Source: Bacteroidota bacterium (GTDB taxonomy: Bacteria > Bacteroidota > Ignavibacteria > Kapaibacteriales > UBA2268). Taken from it: DNA of 64,000 bases. A model generated the notes under the pieces. The model was not told the origin of the DNA, made no database searches, and worked only from the letters and a program-made list of their open reading frames with translations. Both the position numbers and the translations under genes were made by a program. Where the stretch lies: assembly GCA_029974985.1 (NCBI GenBank), contig JARKQC010000203.1, forward strand, positions 458 through 64,457. Reading direction: 5' to 3'. Numbering within the stretch: position 1 is the stretch's first letter; every line of letters starts with the position of its first letter. Below, piece by piece: positions 38,354 through 48,975 of the stretch.

Positions 38354-40972
38354 GTGCAAAAAACATATATTATATTAATTTTCTTAATTTTTTTTTCTAC
38401 TAACTTATTTGGTAGAAATGAAGCATTAAATTGGTATTTTGGTGATAAGGCGGCTATCAGTTTTAAAACAAAAGACGGTGATCCAATTCCTATCAGTGGC
38501 TCGATGTTAAGCACATTAGAGGGTTGTTCGTCTATTTCGGATACAAATGGAAATTTACTGTTTTATACTGATGGGGTCGAAGTCTGGAATAAAAATCATC
38601 AAATAATGAACCTAAAACAAAGGCTTTTTGGACATTTTTCTTCTGCACAAAGTGCTTTAATTATTCAGAAACCCCATTCAAAAAATATATATTATATTTT
38701 CACTGTTGACGCTGGCGAATACGTCGAAAACATTGACACTACAATATATGAAAATCGCGGATTAAACTATTCAATAGTTGATATGTCTTTAAATGATAGT
38801 TTGGGTAAAATAACTGATTTCAATATTTTGTTAACCAAACCCGTTACAGAAAAATTATCTAGTATTTTTCATAAAAATAAAAAAGATATTTGGATTTTAG
38901 CACACGAATGGGATACAAAAAAATATATTTCATTTTTATTAACCGAAAATGGTATTTCTCAAGGTATTAAAAGCGATGGAGCTATTTTATACTCCGGAGA
39001 TATAGAGCGATATATTGGAAATCTGAAAATTTCACCAAATGGAAAGTATATTGCAACAACTATTCAAGGATTAAATTATATAGAAATTGCTGAATTTGAT
39101 AATCAAACGGGAAAAGTTTCAAATCCAATAATAATGAATACTGGAAAAAGATTTAATAATTATGGAATAGAATTTTCCCCAAATTCAAAATTAATTTATA
39201 TAAGCGATTACGAGAAAAAAACTTTACATCAATATAACATTTCTGTCTATGATACAAGCGATATAAAAAAGTCTGAAACTTTGATTTATAAAGATACAGT
39301 TTCGCATTCGATTGGTGCTTTGCAACTTGCTCCAAATGGAAAAATATATCTTGCACTAAATCAAAGAAAACATCTTGCTTGTATCGAAAAACCCGATTCT
39401 ATCGGAAAATCTTGTAATTTTATTTTCGAAGCAGTTTTTTTAGCAAATGAATATGATGTTAGGTCTCGCCACGGATTACCGAATCTTAATCAAAGCTATT
39501 ACGATTTTAAAGGAAAAATTGACTATCAATATACTTGCTATGGCGAGCCTTTGGTCTTAAATTCAGTAGTTAATTCCGAATTTAAAGATATAAATTATAA
39601 ATGGACAAGCCCCAATGGAAAAGTTACTTATGAGAAAAATTTAGTTATTCCTAATGCTAATCCACAGTTAAATGGAAAATATACTCTCGAAGTATCTTAT
39701 CGCGATTTTATAGATTATGACACAGTCGAGGTAATAATTGTAGAAAAGCCGAAAGTAAAAATTATTGGTGATACTATAATATGCCTAAATACTAAAGCGA
39801 GGCTTAATCCAAGTATTGTTTCTGATAGCTTGATTTATATTTGGTCAAATGGTGAAATGGGTGATGAATTAGTAATATCGTCGCCGGGAGTGTATTCGTT
39901 AAAAACAATTTTTCCTGACGGATGCTCGGTAAATGATACAATCGTAGTAAAAGGATTAATTACAAATGCCCAATATGTAAATAATAAAGTGGGATTTTTC
40001 GAAGATTTACCGATAGAAACAAATCAAAAATTAATTTTTGAATTTAAAAATTTCGATAAAGATAGTATTTATATAAATACTGTATTTATAAAAAATAAAA
40101 CTCAAAATATTAAAATATTAAATCCCGAGAAAGCGATAGGGTTTCTAAAAACTAATGAATCGAAAACTATTGAATTAAATTTATTTTCGAGCAATCCAAT
40201 TTCTATAAGTGATTCATTAGTAATCGAGGTATCTTCGCCATATTGTTCGATATTTTTTTCTTGCCCAATAGTAGGAAATATCTATGTTCCAGTAAAAATT
40301 ATGATGCCTCAAATTAAGGGTAGCCCCGCGGATATAATTAAAATTCCTTTTGGGATAAAAATAAATATTGATACAAAATCGAAATTTGATTTAACATATA
40401 GTTCAAAATTATCTTTTCCCGTTGATTATTTTTACCCTGATTCTTGCATTAATTGTAAAATTAATAGTAATTATGTGCAAAATGATAGAAGATATATTGG
40501 CGTTTCGGGTTCAATAAATAATCTTTCAAAAAATGAAAGCCTATTATTCTTTTTAGTTGGAAAAGTATTAATTGGAAAAAAGGAAGCAACTAAGATTAGT
40601 ATTGATACTATTGAGTGGTCTAATCCATTATTCAAAAATGAATATTCGCTTGGTGATTTTATCGTGGAAGGTTGCTCAACTCCAATACGCCCAATTAAGA
40701 TTTTCGAACCAACTACATTAAATATTTATCCAAATCCTATAAAAGATTATGTAACGATAAAAATTAGAACAGAAGAAAAAGGCACTTTCGAACTACTTTT
40801 AATTGATAATTTAGGGAAAAAAATAAACTTAAACACGTGGATTCGAACTGAATTAGATACAAGAGAATATGAGTTTACTTATGATTTATCAAAATTTAAT
40901 ACGGGAATTTATAGATTGATACTTAAATCGCCTTGGTATATATTTTCTGATAATATTTTGCTTGTTAAGTGA
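38354..40972 (+). CDS. T9SS cargo protein, trio member 3 (872 aa), about 2 repeats
   Basis: The GTG lies 7 nt after member 2. Blocks NWYFGDKAAISFKT, LEGCSSISDTNGNLLFYTDG and YGIEFSPNSKLIYIS; CTD IYPNPIKDYVTIKI...FNTGIYRLILKSPW. Confidence 0.88.
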   Translation: MQKTYIILIFLIFFSTNLFGRNEALNWYFGDKAAISFKTKDGDPIPISGSMLSTLEGCSSISDTNGNLLFYTDGVEVWNKNHQIMNLKQRLFGHFSSAQSALIIQKPHSKNIYYIFTVDAGEYVENIDTTIYENRGLNYSIVDMSLNDSLGKITDFNILLTKPVTEKLSSIFHKNKKDIWILAHEWDTKKYISFLLTENGISQGIKSDGAILYSGDIERYIGNLKISPNGKYIATTIQGLNYIEIAEFDNQTGKVSNPIIMNTGKRFNNYGIEFSPNSKLIYISDYEKKTLHQYNISVYDTSDIKKSETLIYKDTVSHSIGALQLAPNGKIYLALNQRKHLACIEKPDSIGKSCNFIFEAVFLANEYDVRSRHGLPNLNQSYYDFKGKIDYQYTCYGEPLVLNSVVNSEFKDINYKWTSPNGKVTYEKNLVIPNANPQLNGKYTLEVSYRDFIDYDTVEVIIVEKPKVKIIGDTIICLNTKARLNPSIVSDSLIYIWSNGEMGDELVISSPGVYSLKTIFPDGCSVNDTIVVKGLITNAQYVNNKVGFFEDLPIETNQKLIFEFKNFDKDSIYINTVFIKNKTQNIKILNPEKAIGFLKTNESKTIELNLFSSNPISISDSLVIEVSSPYCSIFFSCPIVGNIYVPVKIMMPQIKGSPADIIKIPFGIKINIDTKSKFDLTYSSKLSFPVDYFYPDSCINCKINSNYVQNDRRYIGVSGSINNLSKNESLLFFLVGKVLIGKKEATKISIDTIEWSNPLFKNEYSLGDFIVEGCSTPIRPIKIFEPTTLNIYPNPIKDYVTIKIRTEEKGTFELLLIDNLGKKINLNTWIRTELDTREYEFTYDLSKFNTGIYRLILKSPWYIFSDNILLVK
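39524..39958 (+). repeat. About 2 copies of the module in trio member 3
   Basis: YQYTCYGEPLVLNS...YKWTSPNGK...NGKYTLEV and ICLNTKARLNPSIVSDSLIYIWSNGEMGDELVISSPGVYSLKTIFPDGCSVNDTIVV. Confidence 0.7.
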
Positions 40973-41040
40973 TTTTTATGCTTATTTTTTACTATATTTT
41001 TTACTTATAAAATTGATATATTTTTACTTTAAAAAACTCA

Positions 41041-41901
41041 ATGCACAATTTTAAAATCGCCGCAGTAGTAGTAACTTTTAATCGCTTAGAATTGCTCAAA
41101 AAAGTGATTGCGAGCTTGCGAAATCAGACTCGCAAGTTAGATGCTATCATAGTTGTAAATAATTCTTCTACTGACGGCACTGAAAAGTGGCTGTCTGAAC
41201 AAGATGATTTAACGGTTGTAAAACAAGCAAATTTAGGCAGTTCAGGTGGGCAATATACAAGTTTTAAAACTGCTTATGATATGGGATTTGACTATATTTG
41301 GGCAATGGACGATGATGTTTTTCCCGATAACGATTGCCTTGAAAAACTTATTCCGCATATTAGAGAAAATTATACACTTTTTCCGATTAGAATTTCATCT
41401 CAAAATAATCCCGTTCTGCTCGAAACTAAGATTTTTAATTTGACTAATCCATTTAAAAGTATTTGGACAAAAATTATAGATGAAAATGATATAAAAAATC
41501 CAGAACTTGAAATTGATGGACCGACTTTCGAAGGACCGTTTATGAGTCGCGATTTAATTGCTAAAATTGGTTTGCCCGAAAAGAAATTTTTTATTTATGG
41601 CGATGATTCGGAGTATTTTATTCGTGCCTCGAAATATGGATTTAAGAATTTACTTATTACAGATGCCAAACTAAATAGAATGATTGATATTCCAGAAAAT
41701 GATTCATTTCATAATTGGAAACATTTTTATATACTGCGAAATCTAATTGCGATTGATGTTTTACACGGAAATATAATTGTCAGAATTCTTAGACCTTTTG
41801 GATATTTATTGAGTTTTTTACTAAAATGTCAAAATTTTTCTGAAGTAATTACTTCGTTAAAAGCATTTTTTGCTGGGTATTTTTACAAATCTGAAAATTA
41901 A
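41041..41901 (+). CDS. Glycosyltransferase family 2 (soluble, rhamnosyl/galactofuranosyl-transferase-like)
   Basis: AAVVVTFNRLELLKKVIASLRNQT...IIVVNNSSTDGT...WAMDDDVFP (DxD), ...GDDSEY. Confidence 0.75.
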   Translation: MHNFKIAAVVVTFNRLELLKKVIASLRNQTRKLDAIIVVNNSSTDGTEKWLSEQDDLTVVKQANLGSSGGQYTSFKTAYDMGFDYIWAMDDDVFPDNDCLEKLIPHIRENYTLFPIRISSQNNPVLLETKIFNLTNPFKSIWTKIIDENDIKNPELEIDGPTFEGPFMSRDLIAKIGLPEKKFFIYGDDSEYFIRASKYGFKNLLITDAKLNRMIDIPENDSFHNWKHFYILRNLIAIDVLHGNIIVRILRPFGYLLSFLLKCQNFSEVITSLKAFFAGYFYKSEN

Positions 41902-41921
41902 AAGATTAAGGACTGAGATTT

Positions 41922-43529
41922 ATGGATATAATTAATGCTAAATTGAATACAAAAACACAAGAATATAAAGATAATTATAATCATTCTATTAACTTATTGA
42001 AAGAATTAAAAGATAATCTCGAAAAAGTAAAATTAGGAGGTTCAGAAACAGCTCGAAAGCGACATACAGATCGCGGAAAATTACTCGTTCGTGATAGAAT
42101 TGCCGCACTTTGTGATAAAAATAGTCCTTTTTTAGAATTAAATGCACTTGCCGCATTTAATATGTATGATAATGAAGCACCTTCTGCGGGTATGGTTACG
42201 GGTATTGGTCGAATAAACGGTAGAGAATGTATGATTGTCGCAAATGATGCAACTGTAAAAGGTGGCACATATTTTCCGATGACAATAAAAAAACATATTC
42301 GCGCCCAAACAGTTGCTATCGAAAATAAATTGCCTTGCATTTATCTTGTGGATTCAGGTGGAATTTTCTTGCCATATCAATCAGAAACATTTGCGGACAA
42401 GGAGCATTTTGGTAATATTTTCTATAATCAAGCAATTATGTCAGCTGAAAATATTCCACAAATTGCCTGTGTGATGGGTTCTTGCACTGCGGGAGGCGCC
42501 TATGTGCCAGCTATGAGCGATGAAACTATTATGGTAAAAAATCAAGCAACAATTTTTATCGGTGGACCGCCACTTGTAAAAGCGGCAACGGGCGAAATCG
42601 TTAGTGATGAAGAGCTTGGCGGCGCTGATGTTCACTCGAAAATTTCGGGCGTTTCCGATCATTATGCTCATAATGATTCGCATGCTTTAGAAATTGTTCG
42701 CAATATTGTTGCAAATTTTGGATATAAAAAGAAATTTGAAATTGATACGATAGAACCCGAAGATCCATATTTCGATCCTAAAGAAATTTATGGGATTATA
42801 CCACAAAATTTAAAACAACAATTCGATATGTTCGAAGTAATTGCACGGATTGTTGATGGAAGTCGCTTTCAGCAATTTAAAGCAGAGTATGGAAAAACTC
42901 TTATTACTGGATTTGCAAGAATTATGGGTATGCAAGTCGGAATAATTGCAAATAATGGAGTGCTTTTCTCAGAATCGAGTTTAAAGGGGGCGCATTTTAT
43001 AGAATTATGTACTATGAGAAAAATTCCACTACTCTTTTTACAAAATATTACGGGATTTATGGTTGGCAAAAAGTATGAACACGGCGGAATTGCACGTGAT
43101 GGAGCAAAACTTGTTCACGCTGTAGCAAATGCACAAGTTCCTAAATTTACTATAATTGTTGGTGGCTCTTACGGAGCAGGAAATTATGCGATGTGCGGTC
43201 GTGGATATAAGCCAAGATTATTATTTATGTATCCAAATAGTAGAATTTCTGTAATGGGAGGTGAGCAAGCCGCAAGCGTACTATCTACTGTAAAAATCAA
43301 GCAATTAGAAAAACAAGGTAAGAAACTATCAGATGAAGAAATACGCAAAATTCAAGAGCCAATATTACAAAAATACGAAGAAGAAGCAAGCCCATATTAT
43401 AGCACTGCTCGGCTTTGGGACGATGGAATTATTGACCCGCTCGATACACGAAATGTTATTGCTCTCGGAATTTCGATGTCGCTTAATAGAGAAATACCCG
43501 AACAAAAATATGGTATATTTAGGATGTAA
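41922..43529 (+). CDS. Acyl-CoA carboxylase carboxyltransferase (beta) subunit, methylcrotonyl-CoA carboxylase-like
   Basis: 535 aa. [20 protein letters not shown]..., [59 protein letters not shown]. The length and motifs fit MCCase beta. No biotin-carboxylase partner is in the window. Confidence 0.8.
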   Translation: MDIINAKLNTKTQEYKDNYNHSINLLKELKDNLEKVKLGGSETARKRHTDRGKLLVRDRIAALCDKNSPFLELNALAAFNMYDNEAPSAGMVTGIGRINGRECMIVANDATVKGGTYFPMTIKKHIRAQTVAIENKLPCIYLVDSGGIFLPYQSETFADKEHFGNIFYNQAIMSAENIPQIACVMGSCTAGGAYVPAMSDETIMVKNQATIFIGGPPLVKAATGEIVSDEELGGADVHSKISGVSDHYAHNDSHALEIVRNIVANFGYKKKFEIDTIEPEDPYFDPKEIYGIIPQNLKQQFDMFEVIARIVDGSRFQQFKAEYGKTLITGFARIMGMQVGIIANNGVLFSESSLKGAHFIELCTMRKIPLLFLQNITGFMVGKKYEHGGIARDGAKLVHAVANAQVPKFTIIVGGSYGAGNYAMCGRGYKPRLLFMYPNSRISVMGGEQAASVLSTVKIKQLEKQGKKLSDEEIRKIQEPILQKYEEEASPYYSTARLWDDGIIDPLDTRNVIALGISMSLNREIPEQKYGIFRM

Positions 43530-43559
43530 AAATTTATTTAGAATTAATCATTTATAAAA

Positions 43560-44855
43560 TTGAGAAATACTCCTAAAATAATTGAATTAATTATAACGAT
43601 TTTAATAATTGTTATAGTAAATCTATTTTCATATCTTTTTCAGAGTCCAATTACTAATAACGATGGCAAAGGTATGGACGGAGTAGAATACTACAAAGTT
43701 GCGGAAGATTTTGTAAATAATAAAACGCCCGAAGCTAAGGCTCCGTTTGTTTATAGGATTGGAACTCCATATTTGGTAAGTGTTTTTTTTGAAAATGATT
43801 TACTAAATGGATTTAAAACGATAAATATTATAGCAGGATCTTTCATTCCAATAATGTTACTTTTTTGGATTTCACTATTTTATAACTCATCATTTTTAAG
43901 AATTTTACCCGTTGTGCTATTTTCATTGACTTGGCATTCGCCATTAAGATTAAGTTGGTATTATCCCGTTCATAGCGACCCTATTGCAGTTCTCATATTG
44001 CTTAAACTCCTTTTTTTGCTTTATTTAGTATCAAAAGATGAAAGTAAGTATATTATTTTTAATCAAAATTTATTACAAATATCATTCATTTTACTTACTT
44101 TTATTGGAGTGTTTTTTAGGGAAATTTGTGTGATTCCCGCATTTATTTTTAGTTTAAAAGCGATTAATTTTGATATTACAAACTTAAAATCCTTCAAATT
44201 TGATAATTTTAAACGCATTCAATATATATATTTAATTCCATTAATTTTTGGAATTTTTGGAATTATAATAACGCATATATTAGTAAATCCGATTGGTTCT
44301 TATTCATTTTTGGGGGCTTTAGGATTGTGGATATATCAAAAATCAATTGTAATGAATTTTCACGCATTAATTATAGCATTCGGACCAATAATATATATAA
44401 TATTTTTTACTTATTTAGATGCATGGAATTTTCTTAAAAAAGAAAAAGATTTATTAGTTTTTTTAATTATAATTTTATTTTTAAGTTTTGCGGGAGGCTC
44501 TGATACTGAACGAATAATTTATTGGTCATTTCCTATAGTATATTTATTAATTATAAATAGCATAATAAAAAACAAGGAAAAAGTTGTAAATATTTTATTT
44601 TTAAGTATAATAACGCTTGGTCAAATTATTAATATGCGAATATTTTTGACAACACCCGATTACCCAAACAATTATTCCAGCGTTCTGCCAATACTTACTC
44701 CAATCGCTAATAAATTTCCATTCCTCGATTTGTTTACTATGCACGGCTATTGGAAAGTAAATGTATTATCATTTTTCGAATATATAATTTTGATGATTAT
44801 AGCATATTTTATTTTTAATTATATAAAAATTAATAACATCAATACAACTAATTAA
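43560..44855 (+). CDS. Polytopic membrane protein (possible GT-C-type glycosyltransferase or polymerase), unknown family
   Basis: TTG start; 431 aa; more than 10 predicted hydrophobic helices. Its neighbourhood is rich in envelope genes. No diagnostic motif was recognised. Confidence 0.4.
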   Translation: MRNTPKIIELIITILIIVIVNLFSYLFQSPITNNDGKGMDGVEYYKVAEDFVNNKTPEAKAPFVYRIGTPYLVSVFFENDLLNGFKTINIIAGSFIPIMLLFWISLFYNSSFLRILPVVLFSLTWHSPLRLSWYYPVHSDPIAVLILLKLLFLLYLVSKDESKYIIFNQNLLQISFILLTFIGVFFREICVIPAFIFSLKAINFDITNLKSFKFDNFKRIQYIYLIPLIFGIFGIIITHILVNPIGSYSFLGALGLWIYQKSIVMNFHALIIAFGPIIYIIFFTYLDAWNFLKKEKDLLVFLIIILFLSFAGGSDTERIIYWSFPIVYLLIINSIIKNKEKVVNILFLSIITLGQIINMRIFLTTPDYPNNYSSVLPILTPIANKFPFLDLFTMHGYWKVNVLSFFEYIILMIIAYFIFNYIKINNINTTN

Positions 44856-44876
44856 AAAAACTGTTAATTTTGTAAT

Positions 44877-46055
44877 ATGAAAAGTGGACAAAATACAGAG
44901 CGTATTGATTTTATCAAAAAAAATATGAATGAAGATTTGCATAAGCTATCTTTGAAAAAAAGTTCTTATTCAAAAACTGAGTTTCTTGAAATTTTAAATG
45001 AAATAAAGTGCCGTCAAAAATTAAAAGAAAAATTTCCGTCTTGGGCTGAAAATTTTTTATTACAAATGCCAAAACCCGAAAATATCGAGCAATCATCAAG
45101 TTTTGAAACTGCCCAATTCAAATCACAAATTTATAAATTCACTTCTTCTCTTGATTTAAGCGCGGGATTTGGAATTGATTCATATTTTTTTGCTTTACAC
45201 TCCGAAAATCATACTGCTATCGAGCCTAATTCAAATTTATATAATATTTTAAAAAATAATTTTAAAGCATTACATATTAATAATTCTTTTTTTATAAATC
45301 AAGATGCTGATACTTTTCTAAATAAAAATAGCCTAAAATATGATTTAGTATTTATTGACCCTTCGAGACGCAATAATTTAGGGCAGAGAAAAATTGATTT
45401 GAATGATTATGAACCAAATATAATTTCATTATTTCAAAAAATTAAAAAAACATGTAGATATCTTATTGTAAAATTATCTCCAATGCTCGATTTTACTTTT
45501 CTTAAAAATCAATTTCCAGAAATAAATAGATTTTATATAATTTCTATTGATGGTGAATGTAAGGAAATATTATTAGCTTTTGATTTTATAAGCCCACATA
45601 AGACTTTACAATATTATGCTGTCGAGCTTGGTAAGTCTAAGTTTAATTATATATTTGAAGAAGATAATAATTTAGAAATTGATTATTCGATGCCAAAGAA
45701 ATATATTTATGATATTCATCCCGTGATTAAAAAAACTGGATTTTATGATAATTATGCAATGGGTTTAGGTCTATCAAAATTAAATAAAAATTCACATCTA
45801 TATACAAGTGATGAATTAAAATCAAATTTTAAAGGGAAAACTTATAAATTTATTGATTATTGCAAGCCCGATTATAAAGAATTAAAAAATATAATTTCGG
45901 ATTGTAAGGCGATTGTTGTTCGTTATGGTTTTCCTCTTACTGTTGAGAATATAAGAAAAAAATATTCGATTTTAGAAGGAAAAGATAAAACTGTTTTTGC
46001 TGTTAAGTTATTAAATAATAAAAATTATTTTGTAATAGCTGAAAGAATTAATTAA
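44877..46055 (+). CDS. Class I SAM-dependent methyltransferase (with a THUMP-like C-terminal region)
   Basis: Motif I-like LDLSAGFGIDSYFFA and a post-I acidic residue. VFIDPSRR is typical of this roughly 390-aa FCB methyltransferase family, from memory. Confidence 0.55.
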   Translation: MKSGQNTERIDFIKKNMNEDLHKLSLKKSSYSKTEFLEILNEIKCRQKLKEKFPSWAENFLLQMPKPENIEQSSSFETAQFKSQIYKFTSSLDLSAGFGIDSYFFALHSENHTAIEPNSNLYNILKNNFKALHINNSFFINQDADTFLNKNSLKYDLVFIDPSRRNNLGQRKIDLNDYEPNIISLFQKIKKTCRYLIVKLSPMLDFTFLKNQFPEINRFYIISIDGECKEILLAFDFISPHKTLQYYAVELGKSKFNYIFEEDNNLEIDYSMPKKYIYDIHPVIKKTGFYDNYAMGLGLSKLNKNSHLYTSDELKSNFKGKTYKFIDYCKPDYKELKNIISDCKAIVVRYGFPLTVENIRKKYSILEGKDKTVFAVKLLNNKNYFVIAERIN

Positions 46056-46180
46056 ATTCCTTTTTTTTAATGAGATAATTTAAAAATTTTATTCCTATAA
46101 ATTTATTTTTGAAAATTTTAATTAATTAGTAATTTTAAATCATATTATTATTAAAATATTTTAGTTTTAATTGTAATTAT

Positions 46181-47344
46181 TTACCAAATAATAGATTTTG
46201 CGGCGCTTACTGCAATCGCTCGTGCTTCGCTTTGAGTATTAGCAACTGCTGTAATATGTCCCATTTTCCGTCCATTACGAGATTCTTTTTTATTATAAAG
46301 ATGTAGAAAGATATTGTTATGTTTTAATAGTTTAGTAATGTTTTCGGGAACCCCACTTCCGCTTCTTGTTCCAAGTAAATTAATCATAACCGATGCGGGA
46401 ACATACATTTTTGCAGAACCAAGAGGTAAATCACAAACTGCTCTTATACAATTTTCAAATTGTGAAGTATAGTTCGATTCTATTGTATAATGCCCCGAAT
46501 TATGAGGTCTGGGCGCAATTTCATTCACAAGAATATCGTTATTTTTAGTTAAAAATAATTCGACACCAAAAACACCAACTCCCGAAATAGATTCGACACA
46601 TTTTACAGCAATTTTCTGTGCCTCTTTGCGAATTTTCTCCTCAATCTCGGCTGGAGCAATAACTTCGTGGCAAATATGACGATACTGCACAGTTTCTACA
46701 CAAGGATAAACTTCGATTTGTCCACTTGAATTTCGAGCAACGATTACGGCTAATTCTTTTGTAAAATCAACGAATTTCTCAGCTAAAAGCTCGCGATTAG
46801 AATTTGATTCTTTAAATTTATTATAAGCCTCAATAGCATTTTCTTCATTAAAAATTGTTGCATTGCCATAGCCATCATACCCATATTTCCGAGCTTTTAA
46901 TACAAAAGGATAAGAAACACTTTTTGAGAAATTTAATAATTCCTCTATGGAGTCAATTTTTTCAAAAAATGGCAAAGGTAACCCTGAATTTTTAAAAGTT
47001 TCTTTTTGAATAAATTTATCTTGAACAAGTCGCATAGTTTGCGGCGAAGGAAATACCTTTTTCTTTTTTGAAATATATTCTAAAATATCTGGGTCAATAA
47101 ATTCATTTTCGAGTGTAATTAAATCTGAAGCCTCGATAAATCTATCCAATTCTTCTTTATTAAACCAACCTTGCGGAAAGTCTAATTTAGTCAATTCACC
47201 TGCTGGTGAATTGATATGATTTTCGATTATTGCAACATTAATACCAAGACGATATGCCGCAGAAGCCAGCATTTTGGCTAATTGTCCGCCACCAAGTATT
47301 CCAAGTGTAAAAGGTTTATCAGGATTTGTTAAAGATTTAAGCAT
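46181..47344 (-). CDS. purK: N5-carboxyaminoimidazole ribonucleotide synthase (ATP-grasp)
   Basis: LGILGGGQLAKMLASAA..., VLKARKYGYDGYGN, NEIAPRPHNSGHYT. No purE is adjacent. Confidence 0.8.
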   Translation of the reverse strand: MLKSLTNPDKPFTLGILGGGQLAKMLASAAYRLGINVAIIENHINSPAGELTKLDFPQGWFNKEELDRFIEASDLITLENEFIDPDILEYISKKKKVFPSPQTMRLVQDKFIQKETFKNSGLPLPFFEKIDSIEELLNFSKSVSYPFVLKARKYGYDGYGNATIFNEENAIEAYNKFKESNSNRELLAEKFVDFTKELAVIVARNSSGQIEVYPCVETVQYRHICHEVIAPAEIEEKIRKEAQKIAVKCVESISGVGVFGVELFLTKNNDILVNEIAPRPHNSGHYTIESNYTSQFENCIRAVCDLPLGSAKMYVPASVMINLLGTRSGSGVPENITKLLKHNNIFLHLYNKKESRNGRKMGHITAVANTQSEARAIAVSAAKSIIW

Positions 47345-47428
47345 AATAAAATATTAGAATATTATCAAAAAAATACAAAAGTAATGAATAAAAATTGAAT
47401 TTCAATATTACAAAATTTGAGAAAAAAA

Positions 47429-48538
47429 TTATTTAAAAGTTTGCCCCTTCCAAATAATTTTTCTATCTAATAAAAGTGGTGGAATAATAATTTCCATAAT
47501 CATAAAGAAAATTATTGAAGGCAATATCCAAAGCAAAAGTTTTTCTTTTTTCAAAATTTTCAAAACTGGCTTTAACACAAAAAAATCGCATAGAATTCGA
47601 GTAAATATTACTGCAAAAAATAAATATTGATTAGATATTAATATTGAAGTAAGTAATCCGAGCCAAATCATAGTAGAAGTAAAAACAAAATAAACTGCAT
47701 CTTTTCCTAAATCTATTCCACCGACAGCCCAACGCTTATGTTGCAAAATATATTCATTAAAGGTATGGCAGGGGACAGTCGTTACAGTAGAATTATAATC
47801 GCATACATAATTGATTCTATATCCAGATTTAAAAACAGCTTTTAATAAAGCTAAGTCTTCTGTAACAGAAAATTTAATATTTGGATAGCCACCAATTTTA
47901 TCATAAACAGTTCTTCTAATTGATAAATTGTTACCATAGCAACCCAATGGATTATTGTTACCAACGCCAGCCCTTGCCATCGTGTGCATATAAACCCATT
48001 CTAAAGCCTGCAATTTATCAAAAATATTTTTATCATTAATTATAGTATAAGAAGGCACTAAACCTATTTCGGGATTTGAGAATCTTTGCTCTATTGTAGA
48101 AATCCAATTTGGATTTACTTGGCAATCGGCATCGGTCATCATAATAATTTCGCCCTTTGAGGATAATATCCCTTGGTGTAAAGCTCCCGGTTTGCCTTTT
48201 AAATTGTTTTTTTCAGAATCATTCTTAATATTTAAAATTTTTAAATTTGGAAATTCAACAGCTAAATTTTGCAAAATTGATAATGTATTATCTGTAGAAC
48301 GGTCATTTATGGCAATAATCTCAAATTTATCTTTTGGATAATTTGATTTCATTATATTACGAATACAATTTTCAATGTTAATTTCTTCATTTCGAGCTGG
48401 CACAACGACAGAAATAAAATGGAGCGATTTTTGATTATATAAAAATTTATTTTTGGAGTGTTCTTTACGATTACCAATAATCATAAATAAAGTTCTTAAA
48501 ATAAAAACTAAAATTGTAAATAAAATGAACCAAATCAT
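47429..48538 (-). CDS. Membrane-anchored processive-type glycosyltransferase family 2
   Basis: An N-terminal TM helix, then VSVVVPARNEE, INDRSTDNT, MTDADC (DxD), TEDLAL and QHKRWAVG (the Q(R/Q)xRW motif), then C-terminal TM helices. Confidence 0.75.
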   Translation of the reverse strand: MIWFILFTILVFILRTLFMIIGNRKEHSKNKFLYNQKSLHFISVVVPARNEEINIENCIRNIMKSNYPKDKFEIIAINDRSTDNTLSILQNLAVEFPNLKILNIKNDSEKNNLKGKPGALHQGILSSKGEIIMMTDADCQVNPNWISTIEQRFSNPEIGLVPSYTIINDKNIFDKLQALEWVYMHTMARAGVGNNNPLGCYGNNLSIRRTVYDKIGGYPNIKFSVTEDLALLKAVFKSGYRINYVCDYNSTVTTVPCHTFNEYILQHKRWAVGGIDLGKDAVYFVFTSTMIWLGLLTSILISNQYLFFAVIFTRILCDFFVLKPVLKILKKEKLLLWILPSIIFFMIMEIIIPPLLLDRKIIWKGQTFK

Positions 48539-48975
48539 AAAAAATTATTATTATTGAAATTAATATTCAGACTAAGTCGAAATTATTAAAAAAAAGTTTG
48601 AAAATAAGAATTTTATATAAAATTATTGGTCAATAATCGCCAAAATTGATTTTTTTTAAAAATTTTTAAAAAAAAATGAAAAAAAAGTGGAAAAAATCAC
48701 TTTTTTTGAGACGTTTTTGATTTTGATGTGTTACTACTAATAGAAGAAGATGCAAATTTTAAAAATGGTATTTAAAATTAAAATTAAAAATAGGAGTTCA
48801 AAATGAAATTAAAGAATTTTAATTAATAAAAAGTTTGATAAAAAGAATGATAAAAAAAATAAAATATTAATGAAAATTAAGCTAAATATACTATATTGCA
48901 TTACTAAAAAGTTGCAAATTGAAAAATATATTTTAAATAACAATTTTGTTGTACAAATAATTTAAGGGATTTTAT

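Noticed and set aside
31609-39958. The possibility that the repeated modules form a DNA-level tandem array (satellite, CRISPR-like or slippage-prone).
   Set aside because: The repeats are recognisable only at the protein level. The nucleotide sequences of adjacent modules have diverged and the units are about 220 bp of coding DNA. There is no short direct-repeat/spacer organisation.
41922-43529. Treating the carboxyltransferase as part of a fatty-acid or polyketide-like cluster with the flanking glycosyltransferases.
   Set aside because: Its length and motifs fit a catabolic MCCase or PCCase beta subunit. No ACP, KS or biotin-carboxylase genes are nearby, so the adjacency alone does not support a functional cluster.
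48539-48975. A small protein-coding gene or riboswitch in the 437-bp spacer, for example the atgaaaaaaaagtgg... or atgaaattaaagaat... starts.
   Set aside because: The candidate ORFs are only a few codons long before they hit stops. The sequence is almost pure A/T with no conserved structured core that I can recognise.
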